58,649 nt of DNA from Conexivisphaerales archaeon (lineage in GTDB: Archaea; Thermoproteota; Nitrososphaeria; Conexivisphaerales; UBA164), in NCBI GenBank assembly GCA_030756715.1, contig JAVBJD010000003.1, positions 1 to 58,649 on the forward strand, written 5' to 3'. Under the pieces are notes generated by a model. It made no database searches. It was given only the letters and a program-made list of their open reading frames with translations, and had not been told where the DNA came from. Both the position numbers and the translations under genes were made by a program. Of this stretch, positions 27,550 through 36,408 are shown one piece after another. Numbering within the stretch: position 1 is the first letter of the stretch; each line of letters starts with the position of its first letter.

Positions 27550-28257
27550 TTGAAAATATATATAGAGCTGCCTGAAATTTATTTATCAAATTTTAATGAA
27601 GTCATCAATTATGCTACGTCATTGAGAAATACAATAAACGGAGTTTTTGTTCCAGATCTCCCATTAAATAAGCCAACTTTGGACGCATGCGCTTTTGTGG
27701 GCACACTGAAAGAGAAGCTTAATGATAAAGAACTGGTGATAACGCAATCTGTGGGTCACAGAAGCGTTGTCGCAAATAAATCACGAATGCAGTGCGTTAA
27801 AAAGATGGGCATAGAAAAGATGCTTTTGGTGCAGGGGCCCTACTATTTTACAAAAGTTAAAGACGTTTTAAATTATGCCGTAGAAAGGTTCATCGTAGGA
27901 TCAGTTTTAAACGAAAAAACTTTAGAGTCAAGGATAAAATCCGGGGTTAAGTTTTTTGTGACCCAGTTGTTTCCAAGCATAGGTGAACTGAAGATAGCGG
28001 AAAAGGTTTCCGGTTTTGATTTTTTCCTTTTGATGGGAATCTCTGATAAAAAAGAAGACTACGCTAAATTAAAAGAAAAAGGTTTCAACGTTCCTGAGGA
28101 AATACTGAAAGCTGAAAGCGTACAGAACGGGATAGAAACCTATTATAATGATGTAGCGGACCTTTTGGGGCGGAAGCCGGACATATATTTGGTTCCGCTA
28201 AAGAAGAAAATTGGCAATTCTTTCATCTACGAATTTATTAAAAATATACAAAAATAA
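27550..28257 (+). CDS. short methylenetetrahydrofolate-reductase-like (MetF/MetV-like) TIM-barrel protein
   Basis: 235 aa with a TTG start 1 nt after the mat stop. 'GIEKMLLVQGP' and 'KSGVKFFVTQLFPS' resemble MTHFR 'GI.NILALRGD' and 'AGADF.ITQLFFD'. The similarity is weak and from memory. Confidence 0.4.
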   Translation: MKIYIELPEIYLSNFNEVINYATSLRNTINGVFVPDLPLNKPTLDACAFVGTLKEKLNDKELVITQSVGHRSVVANKSRMQCVKKMGIEKMLLVQGPYYFTKVKDVLNYAVERFIVGSVLNEKTLESRIKSGVKFFVTQLFPSIGELKIAEKVSGFDFFLLMGISDKKEDYAKLKEKGFNVPEEILKAESVQNGIETYYNDVADLLGRKPDIYLVPLKKKIGNSFIYEFIKNIQK

Positions 28258-28313
28258 GTTTTAATTTTTAAAATTTTTCTCTTATTCGGTTCGAATAGCG
28301 GAAATGTAAATTT

Positions 28314-28411
28314 TATGTAAAAAATCAGGCAGAATTATGAATAATTTATGCATTCTGGGACTGATTTTTTATGAAGTATTTCATTATTTAAGCCGAAAAT
28401 ATGTAAAAAAT
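28314..28411. repeat. 12-nt direct repeat pair TATGTAAAAAAT in the ilvB upstream spacer
   Basis: Identical copies at 28314-28325 and 28400-28411, read directly from the sequence. Confidence 0.55.
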
Positions 28412-28484
28412 ATTTTGAAAAATAATTTTTAATTATGTTTTTATATTGCTAAAATTTATAAAACGTCTTCTTTATATCAAAGTA

Positions 28485-30161
28485 ATGGCGTCTTATTTAA
28501 GTGGGGCTCAGGCCTTAGTAAAGGCTTTAGAAAGAGAAAAGGTAGAGGTAATTTTCGGGATACCGGGAGGTGCAACTCTAACTTTTTACGATGCTTTAAA
28601 AGATTCTAGCATAAGACACGTGCTCGCCAGACATGAACAGTCTGCCGCTCATATGGCCGACGGTTATGCAAGAGCGTCAGGGAAAGTTGGCGTCTGCACT
28701 TCAACATCAGGCCCAGGCGCAACAAACCTTTTAACAGGAATAGCTACAGCTTACCTGGATTCTTCTCCAGTAATAGCCATAACTGGACAGGTTGCCAGAG
28801 ATTATATAGGTAAAGACGCATTTCAGGAAATAGACACTGTTGGAATATTTACACCAGTTGTCAAGTACGCTTTTCAGCCTTTATCAGTTTCGGAAATACC
28901 TTTTGATGTTAAAGCCGCATTCTACATAGCCACCACAGGGAGGCAGGGGCCTGTTCTGATAGATCTTCCAAAGGATGTTCAGGCGGAAAAAGCAGAAATA
29001 GAGTTCCCTGAAAGAGTTGAAATAAAGGGCTATAGACCTTACGTAAGACCGGATCCAGAAGTTATAAGAGAGGCCGCTAAACTGATCATACAGTCGCAGA
29101 AACCGGTTATACTTGTAGGTGGAGGAGCGGTTAAGTCAGAAGTTGGGCCAAAGGTTGTTGAACTGGCTGAAATGCTGATGATCCCCATTGCTAGCACTTT
29201 GATGGGGAAAGGTGCTATACCTGAAAACCATTTCCTTGCAGTCGGGCCTATAGGTATGCACGGGACCTATCATGCTAATACGCTCATAATGGAAAGCGAC
29301 CTAGTAATCGGAATAGGTGTCAGATTTTCAGACAGGACCACGATGGACACAAAGGAATTTTCAAAAGACAGGATGATACTGCACTTTGACATAGATCCTA
29401 CAGAAGCAAGAAAAAATATAGTAAACGAATTTCCGGTAATAGGCGACTTAAACGAATCAATTAGCATGCTGGTTTCTGAAATCAGGAAGATGATGCCCTA
29501 CACAAAAGACTCTCCATGGTACAAGAGGGTAAAGGAGCTGAAAGAATATTATGAAGATAAAATATTTGGAGAAAACGTTCTGAGTCCGTTCATAATAAAA
29601 AAGATCAGGGAGATTCTGCACGAAGATGATATAGTTACTACAGAAGTAGGGCAGGCTCAGGCATGGGCTGAGCTTTTTTACAAAGCGTTGAGGCCAAGAA
29701 CCTTCATAACAAGCGGAGGGCTCGGGACCATGGGTTTTGGATTTCCGGCAGCAATAGGGGCAAAAGTCGCAAAATTTGATAAAACTGTAGTCGACATAGC
29801 CGGCGACGGAAGTTTCCTGATGACTTCAAACAGCTTGGCAACCAGCGTAAAGGAAGGAATACCCGTTGTAGTGGTAATTCTGGACAACGCAGTGCTTGGA
29901 ATGATAGCTCAGTGGCAACGTTTGGTTTATAATAACAGGTACATAGCCTCTTCGCTCGGTGAAACACCTAACTTCCCAGCTCTGGCAAAAGCCTACGGTG
30001 CTGAAGGGGTAAGGGTAAACGGATTGGAGGATTTTGAGAAGTATTTTAAAGAAGCTGTAAAAAGCGATGTAACCTATGTGATAGATGTTCCGATATCTCC
30101 TGAGGAAAACGTCTTCCCCTTCGTTCCAGCAGGCAAAAGTCTGAAGGAGATGATAGTGTAA
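28485..30161 (+). CDS. ilvB: acetolactate synthase large subunit
   Basis: 'GAQALVKALEREKVEVIFGIPGG' and the TPP-binding 'IAGDGSFLMTSNSLATSV...VVVILDN' are present. ATG 28485 is preferred over the TTG track start at 28446. Confidence 0.9.
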   Translation: MASYLSGAQALVKALEREKVEVIFGIPGGATLTFYDALKDSSIRHVLARHEQSAAHMADGYARASGKVGVCTSTSGPGATNLLTGIATAYLDSSPVIAITGQVARDYIGKDAFQEIDTVGIFTPVVKYAFQPLSVSEIPFDVKAAFYIATTGRQGPVLIDLPKDVQAEKAEIEFPERVEIKGYRPYVRPDPEVIREAAKLIIQSQKPVILVGGGAVKSEVGPKVVELAEMLMIPIASTLMGKGAIPENHFLAVGPIGMHGTYHANTLIMESDLVIGIGVRFSDRTTMDTKEFSKDRMILHFDIDPTEARKNIVNEFPVIGDLNESISMLVSEIRKMMPYTKDSPWYKRVKELKEYYEDKIFGENVLSPFIIKKIREILHEDDIVTTEVGQAQAWAELFYKALRPRTFITSGGLGTMGFGFPAAIGAKVAKFDKTVVDIAGDGSFLMTSNSLATSVKEGIPVVVVILDNAVLGMIAQWQRLVYNNRYIASSLGETPNFPALAKAYGAEGVRVNGLEDFEKYFKEAVKSDVTYVIDVPISPEENVFPFVPAGKSLKEMIV

Positions 30162-30162
30162 G

Positions 30163-30657
30163 ATGAAAAGGGAAAGGGTTTTCTTCATAACTGTAGCAGA
30201 CAAACCGGGCGTCCTTTTCAAGATAACGAACATATTCAGAAGAAGAAATTTCAACATAGAAAGCGTAACAGTTGGCAAGTCTTTAGCCAAAGATGAGTCT
30301 CAAATAGTAATTACAATCAACGCGGACGATGAAGAAGCTGACAGCTTTGCAAGGATGGTAAAAAAACTTATAGACGTTTATGAAGTTGTAGAAGCTCCAA
30401 AGGAATCATGCTATACACAGGAACTTTTGCTTGCTAAGTTAGAGGGAAGCAAAGAAGAGTTAAGGGAAATAGCAAAAAATTACGGCGCAGAATTGATGGA
30501 GGACGACTCTCTGATATTAAAATATTCAGGCGAGCCTTCGAATGTCGAAGGCCTGGTTAAACAGCTTTCCCGATTCAAGATAATACATATATCGAGGACG
30601 GGTATAACCGCAGTGGTGAAAGAGGATGGTAAAGATATATTACGATTCGGACGCTAA
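30163..30657 (+). CDS. ilvN: acetolactate synthase small (regulatory, ACT-domain) subunit
   Basis: 164 aa. 'FITVADKPGVLFKITNIFRRRNFNIESVTVG' is an ACT fold. The gene lies directly after ilvB. Confidence 0.85.
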   Translation: MKRERVFFITVADKPGVLFKITNIFRRRNFNIESVTVGKSLAKDESQIVITINADDEEADSFARMVKKLIDVYEVVEAPKESCYTQELLLAKLEGSKEELREIAKNYGAELMEDDSLILKYSGEPSNVEGLVKQLSRFKIIHISRTGITAVVKEDGKDILRFGR

Positions 30658-31615
30658 AATAGAAAACCTAAAGAACAAAACGGTTGCGATAATAGGTTAC
30701 GGAAGCCAGGGTAGAGCTCACGCTCTAAACCTCCGGGACTCAGGGATAAATGTAATAGTTGGAGTTAGAGAAAACGGCAAATCATGGGAAAATGCAAAAG
30801 CTGATGGTTTTAATCCTAAAAGCATAGAGGAAGCTTCAAAAGCGGGGGACTTGATAGGCGTGCTGATCCCTGATACTGAACATGGAGTTGTTTACGATAA
30901 ATACATAAAAAGCGGCCTAAAGGAAGGAAAGGGGCTTCTTTTTGCTCATGGTTACAGCATAAGGTTTGGTCTTATAAAACCACCTAGCTATGTGGATGTA
31001 ATAATGGTAGCACCGAAGTCGCCCGGTCCAAAGCTAAGAGAAGCTTATCTTCAGAACTTTGGGGTTCCGTCGCTTGTTGCCGTTCATCAAGATTATTCTG
31101 GAAAGGCAAAGGATATTGCTTTGGCTTATGCAAAAGGAATAGGATCAACAAGGGTAGGAGTATTAGAGACAACTTTTTCAGATGAAACTGAAGAAGATCT
31201 TTTCGGAGAACAGGCGGTTTTGGTGGGCGGGCTGATGTATCTCATAAAGAACGGATTTGATGTGCTTGTTGAGAGCGGTTACCCTCCAGAGCTTGCGTAT
31301 TTTGAAGTTCTGCATGAAATGAAGCTCATAGTTGATCTTGTGTATTCTTCCGGGTTTACCGGTATGCTCAAAGCAGTGAGCGATACTGCGAAGTACGGAG
31401 GGATTACTCGGGGGAACCTTGTCATAGACGAGAGCGTTAAGGAAAAAATGAAAAAGCTCTTAGAGGACATTAAGGACGGAAGCTTTGCTAAAGAATGGAC
31501 GGGTAACCCTGAAGAGAGCAAAAAGAAGCTCGCTAAAATGATGAAAGATATAGAAAACCTAGAAATAGAGCAGGTAGGCAAAAAGATAAGAAAGCTAGCA
31601 GGACTTGAGAAATGA
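30626..31615 (+). CDS. ilvC: ketol-acid reductoisomerase
   Basis: 'KTVAIIGYGSQGRAHALNLRDSG' and 'LFGEQAVLVGG' are present. 329 aa (class I). It overlaps ilvN by 32 nt. Confidence 0.95.
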   Translation: MVKIYYDSDAKIENLKNKTVAIIGYGSQGRAHALNLRDSGINVIVGVRENGKSWENAKADGFNPKSIEEASKAGDLIGVLIPDTEHGVVYDKYIKSGLKEGKGLLFAHGYSIRFGLIKPPSYVDVIMVAPKSPGPKLREAYLQNFGVPSLVAVHQDYSGKAKDIALAYAKGIGSTRVGVLETTFSDETEEDLFGEQAVLVGGLMYLIKNGFDVLVESGYPPELAYFEVLHEMKLIVDLVYSSGFTGMLKAVSDTAKYGGITRGNLVIDESVKEKMKKLLEDIKDGSFAKEWTGNPEESKKKLAKMMKDIENLEIEQVGKKIRKLAGLEK

Positions 31616-33102
31616 CAAGAAGGGTATACGTTTTCGATACAACTCTTAGGGACGGTGAGCAGACACCGGGCGTGAGCCTGAGCATAGATGATAAGTTTGA
31701 AATAGCTAAAGCTCTGGATGCTTTAGGGGTAGATATAATAGAAGCAGGTTTTCCGGCAGCGAGTGAAGGCGAGTTTAACGCTGTAAAGAGGATAGCTGGC
31801 ATAGGGCTAAAAGCTAAAGTAGCAGCTCTAGCGAGGCTTAACAAAAAAGATATAGACGTGACGCTTTCTACTGGCATAAAAAGGATACATGTTTTTATTG
31901 CAACTTCAGACATTCACCTCCAGTACAAGCTCAAAAAGACAAGAGAGGAAGTCCTGCAGATAATAAGGGAAAACATAAGTTACCTAAAAGATAAAGGTGT
32001 TGAGATCGAGTATTCAGCGGAAGATGCCACAAGGACGGAAAAGGATTTTCTGCTTCAGGCATTCAGGGCCGCGGCTGAAAGCGGGGCTTCTACGCTTGAC
32101 ATAGCAGATACAGTTGGCGTTGCATCTCCCAGTTTGATGAGAGAACTGGTTTCAATGATAAAAAGGGAAATGCCGGATATAAGAGTAAGCGTTCATGTCC
32201 ACAACGATCTGGGGCTGGCTACAGCAAACACGCTGGCCGCAATCGAAGCAGGAGCTGATCAGTTCCATGGAACCATAAACGGGATAGGAGAAAGGGCAGG
32301 AAACGTAAGTATAGAAGAAGTAGCTGTAGCCCTCAAAGTCCTTTATGGAATAGAAACCGGCATAAACCTGCAAAAAATATACGAAACGTCAAAACTGGTA
32401 GAAAAGCTAACTGGCGTCAGAATTGCAAAAAACAAGCCAATTGTAGGCGAAAACGCGTTTGGACACGAAAGCGGCATCCATACTCACGGGATACTCAATA
32501 ACCCAAGGACTTATGAGCCTATAAGTCCTGAAATGGTAGGAAGGAAAAGGTGGTTCATGGCAGGAAAGCTTTCCGGCAGTCACGGGATAGCTGCGCAGTT
32601 GAAGGAAATGGGAATAAGCGTTAATGATGTTCAGTTAACAGAAATAGTAAAAAGGGTTAAGGCCCTTGGAGACGCGGGAAAGCATGTGACCGATGCAGAC
32701 CTCTATGCTATAGCAATGTCGGTAACTGGAAGCTCGCCACAAAAGTACTTGAGCCTTAAGGGTATAGTTTCTGTAACAGGTATGAACATTTCGCCTACAA
32801 CTTCGATCAGGGTAAGCTTCAAAGATAAAGACCTGGAGTCTTCAAGCACTGGCATAGGGCCTGTGGACGCTTCATTGAGAGCTATTCAAAAAGCTCTGGA
32901 AGGAGTACTGAAAGTTAATCTGATAGAATACAGCATAGATGCCATAACTGGTGGTTCCGATTCTCTTGCACAGGTAAGCGTAAAAGTAGAAGATGAAGAA
33001 GGGCACATAGCATCATCGACAGCGACGGGTCCGGACATAGTTATGACAAGCGTCGAAGCTATGATCGATGGCATTAATAAACTGCTTTTAAAAAGGGTAT
33101 AG
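31612..33102 (+). CDS. leuA: 2-isopropylmalate synthase / citramalate synthase family
   Basis: 'VFDTTLRDGEQTPGV', 'HVHNDLGLATANTLAAIEAGA' and a C-terminal LeuA-type regulatory domain are present. It overlaps ilvC by 4 nt. Confidence 0.85.
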   Translation: MTRRVYVFDTTLRDGEQTPGVSLSIDDKFEIAKALDALGVDIIEAGFPAASEGEFNAVKRIAGIGLKAKVAALARLNKKDIDVTLSTGIKRIHVFIATSDIHLQYKLKKTREEVLQIIRENISYLKDKGVEIEYSAEDATRTEKDFLLQAFRAAAESGASTLDIADTVGVASPSLMRELVSMIKREMPDIRVSVHVHNDLGLATANTLAAIEAGADQFHGTINGIGERAGNVSIEEVAVALKVLYGIETGINLQKIYETSKLVEKLTGVRIAKNKPIVGENAFGHESGIHTHGILNNPRTYEPISPEMVGRKRWFMAGKLSGSHGIAAQLKEMGISVNDVQLTEIVKRVKALGDAGKHVTDADLYAIAMSVTGSSPQKYLSLKGIVSVTGMNISPTTSIRVSFKDKDLESSSTGIGPVDASLRAIQKALEGVLKVNLIEYSIDAITGGSDSLAQVSVKVEDEEGHIASSTATGPDIVMTSVEAMIDGINKLLLKRV

Positions 33103-33108
33103 TGATAT

Positions 33109-34128
33109 ATGAAATACAGGATAGCCTGGATGAAAGGAGATGGTATAGGCCCTGAAATCTCACAAGCTGCTATAAAGGTAATTGAAGCTTTAGGTGATCT
33201 GTATGACATAGGATGGGAAATAAGATTCTATGAAATGGGCGACGAAACAAAAAAGAGGTTTGGCACGGCTTTACCAGAAGAAACTTTGGATGGGATAAGG
33301 GCTTCGGATTTAGCCATAAAAGGCCCGGTTGGCGAAACTGCTTTTGAAAGCATTGTCTATCTGCGGCAAACACTGGATCTGTATGCGAACATAAGGCCAG
33401 CAAGAAGCTATAAAGGCGTACCCTCAGTAAAACCTATGGATATTTTGATTGTAAGAGAAAACACTGAAGATCTTTACAAAGGTATAGAATTCAAAATAAA
33501 TGACACAGCTGTGGCATTAAAGCTTATAACAGAAAAAGGGACGAGGAGGATAGCTAAAGTAGCTGCCAACTATGCGCTGAACAGAAAGAAAAAAGTTACA
33601 ATAGTGCATAAAGCTAACGTGATGCGCGTAACTGATGGCTTCTTCAGAGACATCGCCAAACAGGAATTGGAAAGGTATGGCTTGGAAGTTGACGAAAAAT
33701 ACGTGGATGCAATGAGCATGGCAATTATACGTAACCCTCAGGATTTTGATGTGCTTTTAACTCCGAACGTCTATGGGGATATTCTTAGCGATGAAGCCGC
33801 ACAGGCAGCAGGTGGATTAGGATTTGCAGCTTCAGCAAACATCGGGGATGAGTCCAACCTTTTTGAGCCTGTACACGGTTCTGCTCCGGACATAGCAGGA
33901 AAAGGGATAGCAAACCCTTATTCTATGTTCAACGTACTTGTTATGGCATTAGATTATTTATGGATAAACAAGAAGGATGCCAACGCTAGGTATGCAAAAG
34001 AGGGTTTGGAAAAGGCTGTAGAAACATGCATAGAAAAGGGCTATCTAACTCCAGATGCAGGGGGTAAGCTTAAAACAGAGGAAGTTACAAAGTATTTGGA
34101 ACAAGAGCTGAAAGCTTATGTCAAGTAA
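33109..34128 (+). CDS. leuB: 3-isopropylmalate dehydrogenase
   Basis: 339 aa with 'GDGIGPEI', 'VRENTEDLY', '[12 protein letters not shown]' and '[18 protein letters not shown]'. The leuA neighbourhood supports the call. Confidence 0.85.
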   Translation: MKYRIAWMKGDGIGPEISQAAIKVIEALGDLYDIGWEIRFYEMGDETKKRFGTALPEETLDGIRASDLAIKGPVGETAFESIVYLRQTLDLYANIRPARSYKGVPSVKPMDILIVRENTEDLYKGIEFKINDTAVALKLITEKGTRRIAKVAANYALNRKKKVTIVHKANVMRVTDGFFRDIAKQELERYGLEVDEKYVDAMSMAIIRNPQDFDVLLTPNVYGDILSDEAAQAAGGLGFAASANIGDESNLFEPVHGSAPDIAGKGIANPYSMFNVLVMALDYLWINKKDANARYAKEGLEKAVETCIEKGYLTPDAGGKLKTEEVTKYLEQELKAYVK

Positions 34129-34741
34129 CATCGAAACGATGAAGAACAGGATTAAGGAGATCAACGAACAGCTTGACAAACTTATTCAAGAAGTAAACGA
34201 TTTGAAGGTGCAGAGGGAGCAGGTCCTTTATGAACTGTCTAAAATTAAGACTCCTAAAATACGGGTAAATCAAGAAGAAATAGAAAAGCTTGAGGACATT
34301 TTAAAAAAGTTAGATGATGAAGTTCAAACCAAGGTTCTTAAGCCGGATGAAGAAAGGAGGATTTTCGAAAGAATAAAGGAAACTGAAAAAAGGCTCAGCA
34401 TGTTAAGATCGATTAAAAGTTCTTTAGACAAGGTACAGGAGTTAAGAAACAGGCTTGACAAAATAAAGAAAAGATTAAGAGAGCTTCACGAAGTCATCGA
34501 ACCTTTATTAAACGAAAAAGAAAAGCTAAAGAACGAAATACAGAGGCAGATAATACTCGATAAGCTCAGGAAGTATAAGGCGATGGAAAAAGAAAAGAAG
34601 AAAGAGAAAGGGTATAACATAAATTTAAAGTTCGAAAAAATAAACAGAAATGAGATAAAAGAAGCTATAAAGAAAAAGCTCGAAAAAGGTGAACCTGTTT
34701 CTATAGAAGAGCTCAAGGTGCTTTACGATGAAAGGCAATGA
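34118..34741 (+). CDS. K/E-rich coiled-coil protein (archaeal coiled-coil family-like)
   Basis: 207 aa with continuous heptad-like K/E/L-rich sequence. It overlaps leuB by 11 nt and the downstream HAD gene by 14 nt. Confidence 0.5.
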   Translation: MSSNIETMKNRIKEINEQLDKLIQEVNDLKVQREQVLYELSKIKTPKIRVNQEEIEKLEDILKKLDDEVQTKVLKPDEERRIFERIKETEKRLSMLRSIKSSLDKVQELRNRLDKIKKRLRELHEVIEPLLNEKEKLKNEIQRQIILDKLRKYKAMEKEKKKEKGYNINLKFEKINRNEIKEAIKKKLEKGEPVSIEELKVLYDERQ

Positions 34742-35321
34742 AACGCTATCTCTTGACCTCTGTGGAACTCTGGATGATTGTAACGTCTACAATCATATGT
34801 GGTACAGTGTAATCCCAGAAATGTATGCTGAAGCAAAGGGTATGAACTTTGAAAAAGCGAAATCCGCTGTGACAAAAGCGTATAAAGAAGTTGGCCCTTC
34901 AGAAATTGAATGGTATCTGCCGAGCTACTGGATAAACAGATTTGGATTAAATTATGAAGAATTTTTAAAAAAATGCGAAAACGTCAGAGTGCAGGTCCCG
35001 TATGAACTAAAAAAACTTAAGAATAAATACAGGTTGATACTCTCAACTAACGTTTCAAAAGAGGTCCTGAAATTCTCTCTTCTGGAAAACTTTTTTGATG
35101 AAATATATTCATCTGTTGACTTAGGTTATCCAAAAAAAGACGAAAGGTTCTGGAAGGCTGTAATCGATAAAGAAAACGTAAAACCGTTTGAGATAGTCCA
35201 TTTAGGAGATGACTACGTTTACGATTATTTGATACCGTCTTCACTTGGGATAAGGAGCAAGCTCTCCGACTTAAAACACTTTAGATTCAACCTATTTTAT
35301 GTGACAGGAATTAGACTTTAG
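34728..35321 (+). CDS. HAD-superfamily hydrolase-like protein with atypical motif I (DLCGT)
   Basis: 197 aa. Motif I is 'LSLDLCGTLDD', motif II is 'ILSTN', and motif IV is 'HLGDDYVYD'. Confidence 0.55.
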   Translation: MKGNETLSLDLCGTLDDCNVYNHMWYSVIPEMYAEAKGMNFEKAKSAVTKAYKEVGPSEIEWYLPSYWINRFGLNYEEFLKKCENVRVQVPYELKKLKNKYRLILSTNVSKEVLKFSLLENFFDEIYSSVDLGYPKKDERFWKAVIDKENVKPFEIVHLGDDYVYDYLIPSSLGIRSKLSDLKHFRFNLFYVTGIRL

Positions 35322-35380
35322 TCTAATTTTTATTAAGGTCACAGGCATGTTTATAAAGACAGCAATTTCTGTTGTATAAT

Positions 35381-36403
35381 ATGCATCTGAATTCAGCTAT
35401 ACTCGGTTATGGTGCGTACGTCCCAAAGTACAGGATCAGCACTGAAGAAATAGCAAGGATGTGGGTAGGTGAAGGGTCCGGGCCTAACAGGATGAAAGCC
35501 GTTGCATCATACGATGAAGATGCTCTGACCATGGCATATGAAGCCGCTTCTATTGCAATGAAGATGGCAAACTACCCTGAAATACAGGCCATTCTAGTAG
35601 GTTCAGAGTCAAAGCCCTATGCTGTAAAGCCGATGGGATCGATCCTAAGCGACATTTTAGGTTTTAACAAGGTGCTGGGGGTAGATCTTGAGTTTGCTTG
35701 TAAAGGGGGAACCGAGGCGGTACAGATGATAAGCGGAATGGTATCTGCGGGTGTAATAAAGTATGGTCTTGCTATTGGATCAGACACAGCACAGGGGAGA
35801 CCTGGCGACGATCTGGAATATACGGCGGCTAGCGGTGCGGGTGCTGTTGTTTTAGGGCAGCCAAACGGAAAAGAAATAGCCAAGATTACTCATTCTGTAA
35901 CTTATGTTACAGACACCCCGGACTTCTGGAGGAGACCAAAAGAACACTATCCAATGCATTTAGGTAGATTCACTGGGGAGCCAGCTTATTTCGCACATAT
36001 AATGTCAAGCGTTAAGCTTTTGTTCGAAGAGACGGGGTTCAAGCCTTCAGACTTCAATTATGCAATATTTCACCAGCCAAATCCTAGGTTTCCGGTCGAA
36101 GTTGGAAAAAGGCTAGGTTTTAAGGAAGAACAGCTGAAACCAGGCCTGCTTAACGATGAGCTGGGCAACTCTTATTCTGCAAATACGCTGGTAGCTTTGA
36201 ACCTGGTTCTTGACGTTTCAAAGCCAGGGGACAAGATACTTCTTGCTAGCTTTGGAAGCGGAGCTGGGAGCGATTCATTTGTCATAGAAGTCGTTTCAAA
36301 AGCTGATGATGACGATTATGTGCCTTTGCGGGAAAGGTTAAAGAACTATGTGGAAATAGACTATGCAACTTACTCAAAGTGGAGGAACAAAATAATAAGG
36401 TGA
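35381..36403 (+). CDS. hydroxymethylglutaryl-CoA synthase (archaeal)
   Basis: 'ILGYGAYVPKYRIS' and the catalytic Cys context 'LEFACKGGTEA' are present, and it forms an operon with thiolase and DUF35. ATG 35381 is preferred over TTG 35372. Confidence 0.85.
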   Translation: MHLNSAILGYGAYVPKYRISTEEIARMWVGEGSGPNRMKAVASYDEDALTMAYEAASIAMKMANYPEIQAILVGSESKPYAVKPMGSILSDILGFNKVLGVDLEFACKGGTEAVQMISGMVSAGVIKYGLAIGSDTAQGRPGDDLEYTAASGAGAVVLGQPNGKEIAKITHSVTYVTDTPDFWRRPKEHYPMHLGRFTGEPAYFAHIMSSVKLLFEETGFKPSDFNYAIFHQPNPRFPVEVGKRLGFKEEQLKPGLLNDELGNSYSANTLVALNLVLDVSKPGDKILLASFGSGAGSDSFVIEVVSKADDDDYVPLRERLKNYVEIDYATYSKWRNKIIR

Positions 36404-36408
36404 TCCAA

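Noticed and set aside
28337-28432. A 31-codon uORF upstream of ilvB with 10 Ile/Leu/Val codons. I considered it as a bacterial-style attenuation leader peptide.
   Set aside because: Ile, Leu and Val (ATT, TTA, GTA) are expected at this frequency in AT-rich non-coding DNA. There are no tandem regulatory codons and no terminator/antiterminator stems. This mechanism is not established in archaea.
29826-30290. A 154-aa minus-strand ORF across the ilvB/ilvN junction. Other antisense ORFs sit inside ilvB, ilvC and leuA, for example 31533-31913.
   Set aside because: They lie entirely within or opposite strongly supported biosynthetic genes. They have odd composition and no motifs.
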